DNA from: Macrostomum lignano
Lineage: Eukaryota
Direction: 5' to 3'
DNA length: 64,000 nucleotides
Assembly: GCA_002269645.1 (NCBI GenBank)
Contig: NIVC01000029.1
Location: forward strand, 1,329,834-1,393,833
Below, piece after piece: positions 34,654 through 43,657 of the stretch. The first letter of the stretch is position 1. Every line of letters starts with the position of its first letter. The translations under genes and the position numbers were made by a program. The notes beneath the pieces were generated by a model, which was given only the letters and a program-made list of their open reading frames with translations, did no database searches and was not told the DNA's origin.

Positions 34654-36600
34654 ATGCCGACCAAAAGCCGAAGCTGGTACAGCTCGCATCACCGCCAAGC
34701 AAGAGTACCTCAACAACCAAACAGTCGTCCACATGGCCAGCAGTACCAAGGTGTGCGTTCGGCTGTGAGGCGACTATCTCCAGAACATGGCCGGCAGTTT
34801 GATCGCCAGCGTGACGGCGATGTCAGATCTAGAAGCCGCCATCGCCAAAGAGACCGCGCTACGCAGGACAGGACGGGCGGCGACCGGCAACAACGTCGGA
34901 ATGCAGGTGGGTCGCTGACAACCGCCGCGTCCGGAGTCGCCCGCCAAGTCAAACAGCTGTTTCGTGCTGCTCACCACCTGGAAAATTGGCAGGTGACACC
35001 ATCTTCGATCCGACTAAAGTCTCAGCAGCTGAAAACACTAATCAGGCCTGCAGTGCCCACGGAATCGACAAAATCGCGGATTGCTGAGAACGCCGATCAG
35101 TGGGAAGTCAGCACGCTAGACACAATGCAGAGCCATTATGAGATCAGCATCCATCATCTAGCTGCTGAACTTCTGGAAGCCAGGAAGGACGCTGACCCTT
35201 CTGATTGGGAAACCGGCTGGCAAGTCGGTTTTCACTGGGCGGCGAAGGACCTCGGCAGAAGATTCAGCTACAGCCCTGATCTGCTGCAATACCGGCTGAA
35301 AAAAATGTCCATCGAGCTGAAGGTACCTGAATTTACTGCTAACAAAGGTAGGACTATCTCTTCTTTTGATACTGTGATTGTAAGCAACCAAACCACCAGC
35401 TCTATGGGGGTTCCCGTTTCAAACCTCTTGTCTGGGGTGGTGGGTTCGAATCAACCCCACCAAGCCGCCAGCCCTGTGACAACTGAGCAGGGGAGGGAGC
35501 AACCAGCAGGGAATCGTCCCTCCAGCCCTTCAACGGGCATGGAAGAATCTCCCGACTGGCGAGGCTTTAACGAGGAACCGAGCATGCTAAGCCATACGGA
35601 CGAGGACAACCAAGCTTGCCCGCCGATTTTTCCGACAGAAGAGCCGCCTGAAGGGCTCAATTCGCAAATGCAGGGTCCAGTTGCCTGTGACCAGGGGCTG
35701 GACACGGGGGTGGTCTGTGACCAGACACCTCCACCTGCAAACTCCATTGCTGCTGATCAAAACGAATCAGCTATTTCAATACCTGCCATCTTGACTTCGA
35801 GTCGTCAACAGCAGAGTCAAGTCGCCTGTGACCAGGGGCTTGACACGGGGGTGGTCTGTGACCAGACATCCCCAGCTGCTGCTAATAGCAACAACATCGA
35901 TGCCAGCCAAGCTGACTCTTTCGTGTCTTTTGCGACACCCACCGACAACGTTGCATTTTTACAGAGTAGATTTGCTTGCGCTGAGCCACCCAGGCTTGCC
36001 AGTGACAGCAATAGGGACAGTCTTGAGCTGACCCCTCCTCGATCGGCACTTGCTCAACCAAGCCAGATTAACGTCCATAGGGGACTTAAGAAAGACTGGA
36101 AACTGACCCCTATCGAAAAGTCAACGATCGCGATCGGCGATGAGAGTCTCTCTGAGCCCGGGCAAGCGCACCCAGATGTACAATTTGAAATTTTTCCGAA
36201 TCTACGCGCTGAGAACCTAATCAGGGTGCTGCGTGAGCAGTTGAAAAGCCCTAGCTCAGCTGTCAAAGCGGTCATTCTCTTCCCTTGTGGTCATGACCTG
36301 TCGAGACAATTTGAAGGTGTCCTCGACAAACAGCTCACGACAATCGTGAATCATTGTCGCAAGGCCTTTCCAGAGGCAAACATCTACACACTTGACTCAG
36401 TGGTGGATGCCGAGGCAACGGACAGCGTCCGAAGCAATGTGGAAAAATTGAACCGCCATGCCCAGAATCTCAACCAGAAGGGGCACATGTCACTACCCAG
36501 ACAGGGTTTGACCTTCCTGTCAGACAAGGTCACACTATCTGACCAATCGGCCTTGGAGGTCTTCAGGATTGTCTATGGCAAAGTACAAAAAAACTTGTAG
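34654..36600 (+). CDS. PLE ORF1 (copy B): Arg/Gln-rich N-terminus, helical domain, low-complexity linker, degenerate SGNH/GDSL-like C-terminal domain
   Basis: Open frame from the first ATG at 34654 (MPTKSRSW) to TAG at 36600, the same in copies C and D. The C-terminus has IAIGDESL / IFPNLRA / VILFPCGHDL / SDKVTL blocks resembling SGNH blocks I, II, III and V. Confidence 0.8.
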   Translation: MPTKSRSWYSSHHRQARVPQQPNSRPHGQQYQGVRSAVRRLSPEHGRQFDRQRDGDVRSRSRHRQRDRATQDRTGGDRQQRRNAGGSLTTAASGVARQVKQLFRAAHHLENWQVTPSSIRLKSQQLKTLIRPAVPTESTKSRIAENADQWEVSTLDTMQSHYEISIHHLAAELLEARKDADPSDWETGWQVGFHWAAKDLGRRFSYSPDLLQYRLKKMSIELKVPEFTANKGRTISSFDTVIVSNQTTSSMGVPVSNLLSGVVGSNQPHQAASPVTTEQGREQPAGNRPSSPSTGMEESPDWRGFNEEPSMLSHTDEDNQACPPIFPTEEPPEGLNSQMQGPVACDQGLDTGVVCDQTPPPANSIAADQNESAISIPAILTSSRQQQSQVACDQGLDTGVVCDQTSPAAANSNNIDASQADSFVSFATPTDNVAFLQSRFACAEPPRLASDSNRDSLELTPPRSALAQPSQINVHRGLKKDWKLTPIEKSTIAIGDESLSEPGQAHPDVQFEIFPNLRAENLIRVLREQLKSPSSAVKAVILFPCGHDLSRQFEGVLDKQLTTIVNHCRKAFPEANIYTLDSVVDAEATDSVRSNVEKLNRHAQNLNQKGHMSLPRQGLTFLSDKVTLSDQSALEVFRIVYGKVQKNL

Positions 36601-36629
36601 GTTTTAGGAATGCGGCTAGCAACCAAGTC

Positions 36630-38870
36630 TTGAACTTATCGAATTATCGTCTTTCTGACTGCGAAACCGAAATTTTAGGAATGGGGAAGAACTTTGTGCC
36701 AGCCCCAATTGTTATGGGGTCCAGCGTCCTTTCTGACTCCATCAAGGTTTTCAAGCAGAGAATAGTTCTTAACTCCCTGCTTCAGCGTCGCACGTGTGCT
36801 TTCACCCCGCGCATCCCTTATACTGGCCGAGCTTCGATCCCCAACATCAACTTGGACAAGTGGCGCTCTCACAGAGACCTTTTTGAAAGCCTTGACAGGA
36901 TTAGAATTCCAAGAATCATACACAACAAGCCAAACCTTCAGGAGCAGCAGAGAATGGCACTGAAGACTCTTCGAGACAATAGCAGTATCGTCATTAAACC
37001 TGCCGACAAGGGCAGCAATATGGTCGTTTTGAATCGAACAGATTACATACTGGAAGCTAACAGGCAGCTCTCCAACAGGACCTTCTACCAACCCCTTGAC
37101 ACTGCAATGAGCGCCCAGACCAGTGCCATTATCAAAGCCATTTTTCAAGATCTTAAAGAAGAAAAGATAATTACTAATCATCAATACTCGCAACTGATTC
37201 CGCCAACTATTCCAAGAGATCGAATTTTTTACCTTTTGCCAAAAATCCATAAGGATCCCGAAGAATGGCCTACTCCTGGAGTGCCTCCTGGGAGACCCAT
37301 TGTCTCGGACTGCAGCTCGGAAAGCTACATGAGCGCCAAATTTATCGATCTCTTCCTACAGCCGATCGCTAAGGAACAAGACTCCTTCATCCGAGACACG
37401 GACCACTTTCAAGCGGCTATTAATGATTTGATTTTTGAAAAAGACGAAAATGTCTTTCTGGTTACAATGGATGTTGAATCCCTGTACACCAATATTCCCA
37501 CTGATAAGGGGATGGACGCCATTAGAGATGCCTTTCAAACATTTCCCCAAACCTCAAGGCCAGATAACCATCTTCTTGCGCTCCTGGACATTAACTTGAA
37601 CAAAAATGATTTTGTTTTCAACGACACGCGCTACCTTCAAATCAAAGGCACAAGCATGGGAAAGGCCTTTGCGCCATCCTACGCCAACATATTTATGTCT
37701 GCCTGGGAATCCAAAGCTTTAGAAACTGCTCCGTTTACCCCTCGTTTCTTCAAGCGCTACATTGACGACATTTTTATGGTCTTCGTCGGCACTGAAGACG
37801 AACTAAAGGAGATGCACAAGCATCTGAATGAGTTCGATTGCAACATCCGACTCACGATGCAATACAGCAAAGAGAAGGTTCACTTCCTGGACTGCTGTGT
37901 CAGTCTGACTGACGAAGGCAACAACAAGAGACTTTCGTGCTCAATCTACTTCAAACCCACCGATTCACGCCAGCTTTTAAATCCGGGGTCTTTTCACCCA
38001 AAGCACACTTTCAAAGGTATACTGAAATCTCAGTTCCTCCGTTACGCTCGCCGTTGCACATTTAAAGAAGACTTCGATGAGGCCAGCAGCAGCTTAACAA
38101 GCATCCTGAAGAAACAAGGATATTCTGTCCGCTTAATCAGGGATTCTAAAAAATCTGCCCTCATCCAGCTGGGCCTCTACATTGATGGTCGGTGGGAGTT
38201 CGGCTTCCAGGATTGTGGCAATCTAAGCTGCCGTCCTTGCAGAGAGCACGGGCATTTTGGCCAAGTTTGTTTAGGGTCCAGCGCTACAAAAATGATTTAC
38301 AAAATTTGTCAAAAAGTCCGCTGTGACTCCAGGAATGTGGTGTATGCCATTCTGTGCAAGACTTGCAATGACCGCTGTATCTACGTAGGTGAGACTGGAG
38401 GCGCTCTTAAAGTCAGACTTCAGGCTCACCTGAGCGACATCAGACTGGCTAAGGACACCCCAATCTCCAGGCACTTTCGGTCACCAAACCACAGTATTCA
38501 GGACCTCCGCTTTATGGGTCTGTGGTACCTCAGTACTGAGTGCCTGACCACTAAAGAGGGTGCTCAACGCAGGCGGAGGAATATGGAGCAGAAGCTCATC
38601 GCTTTACTACAGACCCAGACTCCAGCAGGCTTAAACACCGTCATCACTGAAAAAGACGCCTGCATCCCAATAGTGATCCCTTTCACGGACCACTCTGGGC
38701 GAATTGTTCATCAAATTCGCACGGCCATTTCGAACCACGCTGCAGAGCTGGATACGGTGGCTGCCTATACTCGCTCACGCTCATTAAAGGACATTCTATG
38801 TCCATCCAATCTGCCCGCCGTAACTAATGGTCAGGCCCGAAACTCAAACCTCTTTTCAGTTGAGCACTAG
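36630..38870 (+). CDS. PLE ORF2 RT + GIY-YIG (copy B)
   Basis: Same protein as copy A; frame open from 36543 with no ATG before the conserved NLS..LS..E..IL.MG.NF.P start. Confidence 0.95.
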   Translation: MNLSNYRLSDCETEILGMGKNFVPAPIVMGSSVLSDSIKVFKQRIVLNSLLQRRTCAFTPRIPYTGRASIPNINLDKWRSHRDLFESLDRIRIPRIIHNKPNLQEQQRMALKTLRDNSSIVIKPADKGSNMVVLNRTDYILEANRQLSNRTFYQPLDTAMSAQTSAIIKAIFQDLKEEKIITNHQYSQLIPPTIPRDRIFYLLPKIHKDPEEWPTPGVPPGRPIVSDCSSESYMSAKFIDLFLQPIAKEQDSFIRDTDHFQAAINDLIFEKDENVFLVTMDVESLYTNIPTDKGMDAIRDAFQTFPQTSRPDNHLLALLDINLNKNDFVFNDTRYLQIKGTSMGKAFAPSYANIFMSAWESKALETAPFTPRFFKRYIDDIFMVFVGTEDELKEMHKHLNEFDCNIRLTMQYSKEKVHFLDCCVSLTDEGNNKRLSCSIYFKPTDSRQLLNPGSFHPKHTFKGILKSQFLRYARRCTFKEDFDEASSSLTSILKKQGYSVRLIRDSKKSALIQLGLYIDGRWEFGFQDCGNLSCRPCREHGHFGQVCLGSSATKMIYKICQKVRCDSRNVVYAILCKTCNDRCIYVGETGGALKVRLQAHLSDIRLAKDTPISRHFRSPNHSIQDLRFMGLWYLSTECLTTKEGAQRRRRNMEQKLIALLQTQTPAGLNTVITEKDACIPIVIPFTDHSGRIVHQIRTAISNHAAELDTVAAYTRSRSLKDILCPSNLPAVTNGQARNSNLFSVEH

Positions 38871-39007
38871 ATGTACAGATGTACACACGCGTTGCATCGT
38901 GCCCGCCAAACCATATTGATTATTTTATTTTATTCGCGTCTTTCTATACTCACTATAAATATTTAACTCTGTTTTAATTTGCCCTTTTTTCACAGTTTTT
39001 TATTTAC

Positions 39008-39053
39008 AATATACCCTGACGAAGACCCTGTTTAGGTCGAAAATTCGGTTATT
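39008..39053 (+). ncRNA. Minimal hammerhead ribozyme (copy B/C junction)
   Basis: Same sequence as 34506-34551. Confidence 0.8.
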
Positions 39054-39155
39054 TTCTTAGAATTAAAGAAATTGTGAATTTGCTTCAACTGTGTGCGTGG
39101 TTTCATTTCGCATTATCTTCTCCCGGGACCAGTGAAGCAATCTCACAGTTTCCCT

Positions 39156-41102
39156 ATGCCGACCAAAAGCCGAAGCTGGTACAGCTCGCATCACCGCCAA
39201 GCAAGAGTACCTCAACAACCAAACAGTCGTCCACATGGCCAGCAGTACCAAGGTGTGCGTTCGGCTGTGAGGCGACTATCTCCAGAACATGGCCGGCAGT
39301 TTGATCGCCAGCGTGACGGCGATGTCAGATCTAGAAGCCGCCATCGCCAAAGAGACCGCGCTACGCAGGACAGGACGGGCGGCGACCGGCAACAACGTCG
39401 GAATGCAGGTGGGTCGCTGACAACCGCCGCGTCCGGAGTCGCCCGCCAAGTCAAACAGCTGTTTCGTGCTGCTCACCACCTGGAAAATTGGCAGGTGACA
39501 CCATCTTCGATCCGACTAAAGTCTCAGCAGCTGAAAACACTAATCAGGCCTGCAGTGCCCACGGAATCGACAAAATCGCGGATTGCTGAGAACGCCGATC
39601 AGTGGGAAGTCAGCACGCTAGACACAATGCAGAGCCATTATGAGATCAGCATCCATCATCTAGCTGCTGAACTTCTGGAAGCCAGGAAGGACGCTGACCC
39701 TTCTGATTGGGAAACCGGCTGGCAAGTCGGTTTTCACTGGGCGGCGAAGGACCTCGGCAGAAGATTCAGCTACAGCCCTGATCTGCTGCAATACCGGCTG
39801 AAAAAAATGTCCATCGAGCTGAAGGTACCTGAATTTACTGCTAACAAAGGTAGGACTATCTCTTCTTTTGATACTGTGATTGTAAGCAACCAAACCACCA
39901 GCTCTATGGGGGTTCCCGTTTCAAACCTCTTGTCTGGGGTGGTGGGTTCGAATCAACCCCACCAAGCCGCCAGCCCTGTGACAACTGAGCAGGGGAGGGA
40001 GCAACCAGCAGGGAATCGTCCCTCCAGCCCTTCAACGGGCATGGAAGAATCTCCCGACTGGCGAGGCTTTAACGAGGAACCGAGCATGCTAAGCCATACG
40101 GACGAGGACAACCAAGCTTGCCCGCCGATTTTTCCGACAGAAGAGCCGCCTGAAGGGCTCAATTCGCAAATGCAGGGTCCAGTTGCCTGTGACCAGGGGC
40201 TGGACACGGGGGTGGTCTGTGACCAGACACCTCCACCTGCAAACTCCATTGCTGCTGATCAAAACGAATCAGCTATTTCAATACCTGCCATCTTGACTTC
40301 GAGTCGTCAACAGCAGAGTCAAGTCGCCTGTGACCAGGGGCTTGACACGGGGGTGGTCTGTGACCAGACATCCCCAGCTGCTGCTAATAGCAACAACATC
40401 GATGCCAGCCAAGCTGACTCTTTCGTGTCTTTTGCGACACCCACCGACAACGTTGCATTTTTACAGAGTAGATTTGCTTGCGCTGAGCCACCCAGGCTTG
40501 CCAGTGACAGCAATAGGGACAGTCTTGAGCTGACCCCTCCTCGATCGGCACTTGCTCAACCAAGCCAGATTAACGTCCATAGGGGACTTAAGAAAGACTG
40601 GAAACTGACCCCTATCGAAAAGTCAACGATCGCGATCGGCGATGAGAGTCTCTCTGAGCCCGGGCAAGCGCACCCAGATGTACAATTTGAAATTTTTCCG
40701 AATCTACGCGCTGAGAACCTAATCAGGGTGCTGCGTGAGCAGTTGAAAAGCCCTAGCTCAGCTGTCAAAGCGGTCATTCTCTTCCCTTGTGGTCATGACC
40801 TGTCGAGACAATTTGAAGGTGTCCTCGACAAACAGCTCACGACAATCGTGAATCATTGTCGCAAGGCCTTTCCAGAGGCAAACATCTACACACTTGACTC
40901 AGTGGTGGATGCCGAGGCAACGGACAGCGTCCGAAGCAATGTGGAAAAATTGAACCGCCATGCCCAGAATCTCAACCAGAAGGGGCACATGTCACTACCC
41001 AGACAGGGTTTGACCTTCCTGTCAGACAAGGTCACACTATCTGACCAATCGGCCTTGGAGGTCTTCAGGATTGTCTATGGCAAAGTACAAAAAAACTTGT
41101 AG
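39156..41102 (+). CDS. PLE ORF1 (copy C)
   Basis: Same translation as copy B. Confidence 0.8.
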   Translation: MPTKSRSWYSSHHRQARVPQQPNSRPHGQQYQGVRSAVRRLSPEHGRQFDRQRDGDVRSRSRHRQRDRATQDRTGGDRQQRRNAGGSLTTAASGVARQVKQLFRAAHHLENWQVTPSSIRLKSQQLKTLIRPAVPTESTKSRIAENADQWEVSTLDTMQSHYEISIHHLAAELLEARKDADPSDWETGWQVGFHWAAKDLGRRFSYSPDLLQYRLKKMSIELKVPEFTANKGRTISSFDTVIVSNQTTSSMGVPVSNLLSGVVGSNQPHQAASPVTTEQGREQPAGNRPSSPSTGMEESPDWRGFNEEPSMLSHTDEDNQACPPIFPTEEPPEGLNSQMQGPVACDQGLDTGVVCDQTPPPANSIAADQNESAISIPAILTSSRQQQSQVACDQGLDTGVVCDQTSPAAANSNNIDASQADSFVSFATPTDNVAFLQSRFACAEPPRLASDSNRDSLELTPPRSALAQPSQINVHRGLKKDWKLTPIEKSTIAIGDESLSEPGQAHPDVQFEIFPNLRAENLIRVLREQLKSPSSAVKAVILFPCGHDLSRQFEGVLDKQLTTIVNHCRKAFPEANIYTLDSVVDAEATDSVRSNVEKLNRHAQNLNQKGHMSLPRQGLTFLSDKVTLSDQSALEVFRIVYGKVQKNL

Positions 41103-41131
41103 GTTTTAGGAATGCGGCTAGCAACCAAGTC

Positions 41132-43372
41132 TTGAACTTATCGAATTATCGTCTTTCTGACTGCGAAACCGAAATTTTAGGAATGGGGAAGAACTTTGTG
41201 CCAGCCCCAATTGTTATGGGGTCCAGCGTCCTTTCTGACTCCATCAAGGTTTTCAAGCAGAGAATAGTTCTTAACTCCCTGCTTCAGCGTCGCACGTGTG
41301 CTTTCACCCCGCGCATCCCTTATACTGGCCGAGCTTCGATCCCCAACATCAACTTGGACAAGTGGCGCTCTCACAGAGACCTTTTTGAAAGCCTTGACAG
41401 GATTAGAATTCCAAGAATCATACACAACAAGCCAAACCTTCAGGAGCAGCAGAGAATGGCACTGAAGACTCTTCGAGACAATAGCAGTATCGTCATTAAA
41501 CCTGCCGACAAGGGCAGCAATATGGTCGTTTTGAATCGAACAGATTACATACTGGAAGCTAACAGGCAGCTCTCCAACAGGACCTTCTACCAACCCCTTG
41601 ACACTGCAATGAGCGCCCAGACCAGTGCCATTATCAAAGCCATTTTTCAAGATCTTAAAGAAGAAAAGATAATTACTAATCATCAATACTCGCAACTGAT
41701 TCCGCCAACTATTCCAAGAGATCGAATTTTTTACCTTTTGCCAAAAATCCATAAGGATCCCGAAGAATGGCCTACTCCTGGAGTGCCTCCTGGGAGACCC
41801 ATTGTCTCGGACTGCAGCTCGGAAAGCTACATGAGCGCCAAATTTATCGATCTCTTCCTACAGCCGATCGCTAAGGAACAAGACTCCTTCATCCGAGACA
41901 CGGACCACTTTCAAGCGGCTATTAATGATTTGATTTTTGAAAAAGACGAAAATGTCTTTCTGGTTACAATGGATGTTGAATCCCTGTACACCAATATTCC
42001 CACTGATAAGGGGATGGACGCCATTAGAGATGCCTTTCAAACATTTCCCCAAACCTCAAGGCCAGATAACCATCTTCTTGCGCTCCTGGACATTAACTTG
42101 AACAAAAATGATTTTGTTTTCAACGACACGCGCTACCTTCAAATCAAAGGCACAAGCATGGGAAAGGCCTTTGCGCCATCCTACGCCAACATATTTATGT
42201 CTGCCTGGGAATCCAAAGCTTTAGAAACTGCTCCGTTTACCCCTCGTTTCTTCAAGCGCTACATTGACGACATTTTTATGGTCTTCGTCGGCACTGAAGA
42301 CGAACTAAAGGAGATGCACAAGCATCTGAATGAGTTCGATTGCAACATCCGACTCACGATGCAATACAGCAAAGAGAAGGTTCACTTCCTGGACTGCTGT
42401 GTCAGTCTGACTGACGAAGGCAACAACAAGAGACTTTCGTGCTCAATCTACTTCAAACCCACCGATTCACGCCAGCTTTTAAATCCGGGGTCTTTTCACC
42501 CAAAGCACACTTTCAAAGGTATACTGAAATCTCAGTTCCTCCGTTACGCTCGCCGTTGCACATTTAAAGAAGACTTCGATGAGGCCAGCAGCAGCTTAAC
42601 AAGCATCCTGAAGAAACAAGGATATTCTGTCCGCTTAATCAGGGATTCTAAAAAATCTGCCCTCATCCAGCTGGGCCTCTACATTGATGGTCGGTGGGAG
42701 TTCGGCTTCCAGGATTGTGGCAATCTAAGCTGCCGTCCTTGCAGAGAGCACGGGCATTTTGGCCAAGTTTGTTTAGGGTCCAGCGCTACAAAAATGATTT
42801 ACAAAATTTGTCAAAAAGTCCGCTGTGACTCCAGGAATGTGGTGTATGCCATTCTGTGCAAGACTTGCAATGACCGCTGTATCTACGTAGGTGAGACTGG
42901 AGGCGCTCTTAAAGTCAGACTTCAGGCTCACCTGAGCGACATCAGACTGGCTAAGGACACCCCAATCTCCAGGCACTTTCGGTCACCAAACCACAGTATT
43001 CAGGACCTCCGCTTTATGGGTCTGTGGTACCTCAGTACTGAGTGCCTGACCACTAAAGAGGGTGCTCAACGCAGGCGGAGGAATATGGAGCAGAAGCTCA
43101 TCGCTTTACTACAGACCCAGACTCCAGCAGGCTTAAACACCGTCATCACTGAAAAAGACGCCTGCATCCCAATAGTGATCCCTTTCACGGACCACTCTGG
43201 GCGAATTGTTCATCAAATTCGCACGGCCATTTCGAACCACGCTGCAGAGCTGGATACGGTGGCTGCCTATACTCGCTCACGCTCATTAAAGGACATTCTA
43301 TGTCCATCCAATCTGCCCGCCGTAACTAATGGTCAGGCCCGAAACTCAAACCTCTTTTCAGTTGAGCACTAG
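41132..43372 (+). CDS. PLE ORF2 RT + GIY-YIG (copy C)
   Basis: Same translation as copies A and B. Confidence 0.95.
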   Translation: MNLSNYRLSDCETEILGMGKNFVPAPIVMGSSVLSDSIKVFKQRIVLNSLLQRRTCAFTPRIPYTGRASIPNINLDKWRSHRDLFESLDRIRIPRIIHNKPNLQEQQRMALKTLRDNSSIVIKPADKGSNMVVLNRTDYILEANRQLSNRTFYQPLDTAMSAQTSAIIKAIFQDLKEEKIITNHQYSQLIPPTIPRDRIFYLLPKIHKDPEEWPTPGVPPGRPIVSDCSSESYMSAKFIDLFLQPIAKEQDSFIRDTDHFQAAINDLIFEKDENVFLVTMDVESLYTNIPTDKGMDAIRDAFQTFPQTSRPDNHLLALLDINLNKNDFVFNDTRYLQIKGTSMGKAFAPSYANIFMSAWESKALETAPFTPRFFKRYIDDIFMVFVGTEDELKEMHKHLNEFDCNIRLTMQYSKEKVHFLDCCVSLTDEGNNKRLSCSIYFKPTDSRQLLNPGSFHPKHTFKGILKSQFLRYARRCTFKEDFDEASSSLTSILKKQGYSVRLIRDSKKSALIQLGLYIDGRWEFGFQDCGNLSCRPCREHGHFGQVCLGSSATKMIYKICQKVRCDSRNVVYAILCKTCNDRCIYVGETGGALKVRLQAHLSDIRLAKDTPISRHFRSPNHSIQDLRFMGLWYLSTECLTTKEGAQRRRRNMEQKLIALLQTQTPAGLNTVITEKDACIPIVIPFTDHSGRIVHQIRTAISNHAAELDTVAAYTRSRSLKDILCPSNLPAVTNGQARNSNLFSVEH

Positions 43373-43509
43373 ATGTACAGATGTACACACGCGTTGCATC
43401 GTGCCCGCCAAACCATATTGATTATTTTATTTTATTCGCGTCTTTCTATACTCACTATAAATATTTAACTCTGTTTTAATTTGCCCTTTTTTCACAGTTT
43501 TTTATTTAC

Positions 43510-43555
43510 AATATACCCTGACGAAGACCCTGTTTAGGTCGAAAATTCGGTTATT
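43510..43555 (+). ncRNA. Minimal hammerhead ribozyme (copy C/D junction)
   Basis: Same sequence as 34506-34551. Confidence 0.8.
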
Positions 43556-43657
43556 TTCTTAGAATTAAAGAAATTGTGAATTTGCTTCAACTGTGTGCGT
43601 GGTTTCATTTCGCATTATCTTCTCCCGGGACCAGTGAAGCAATCTCACAGTTTCCCT

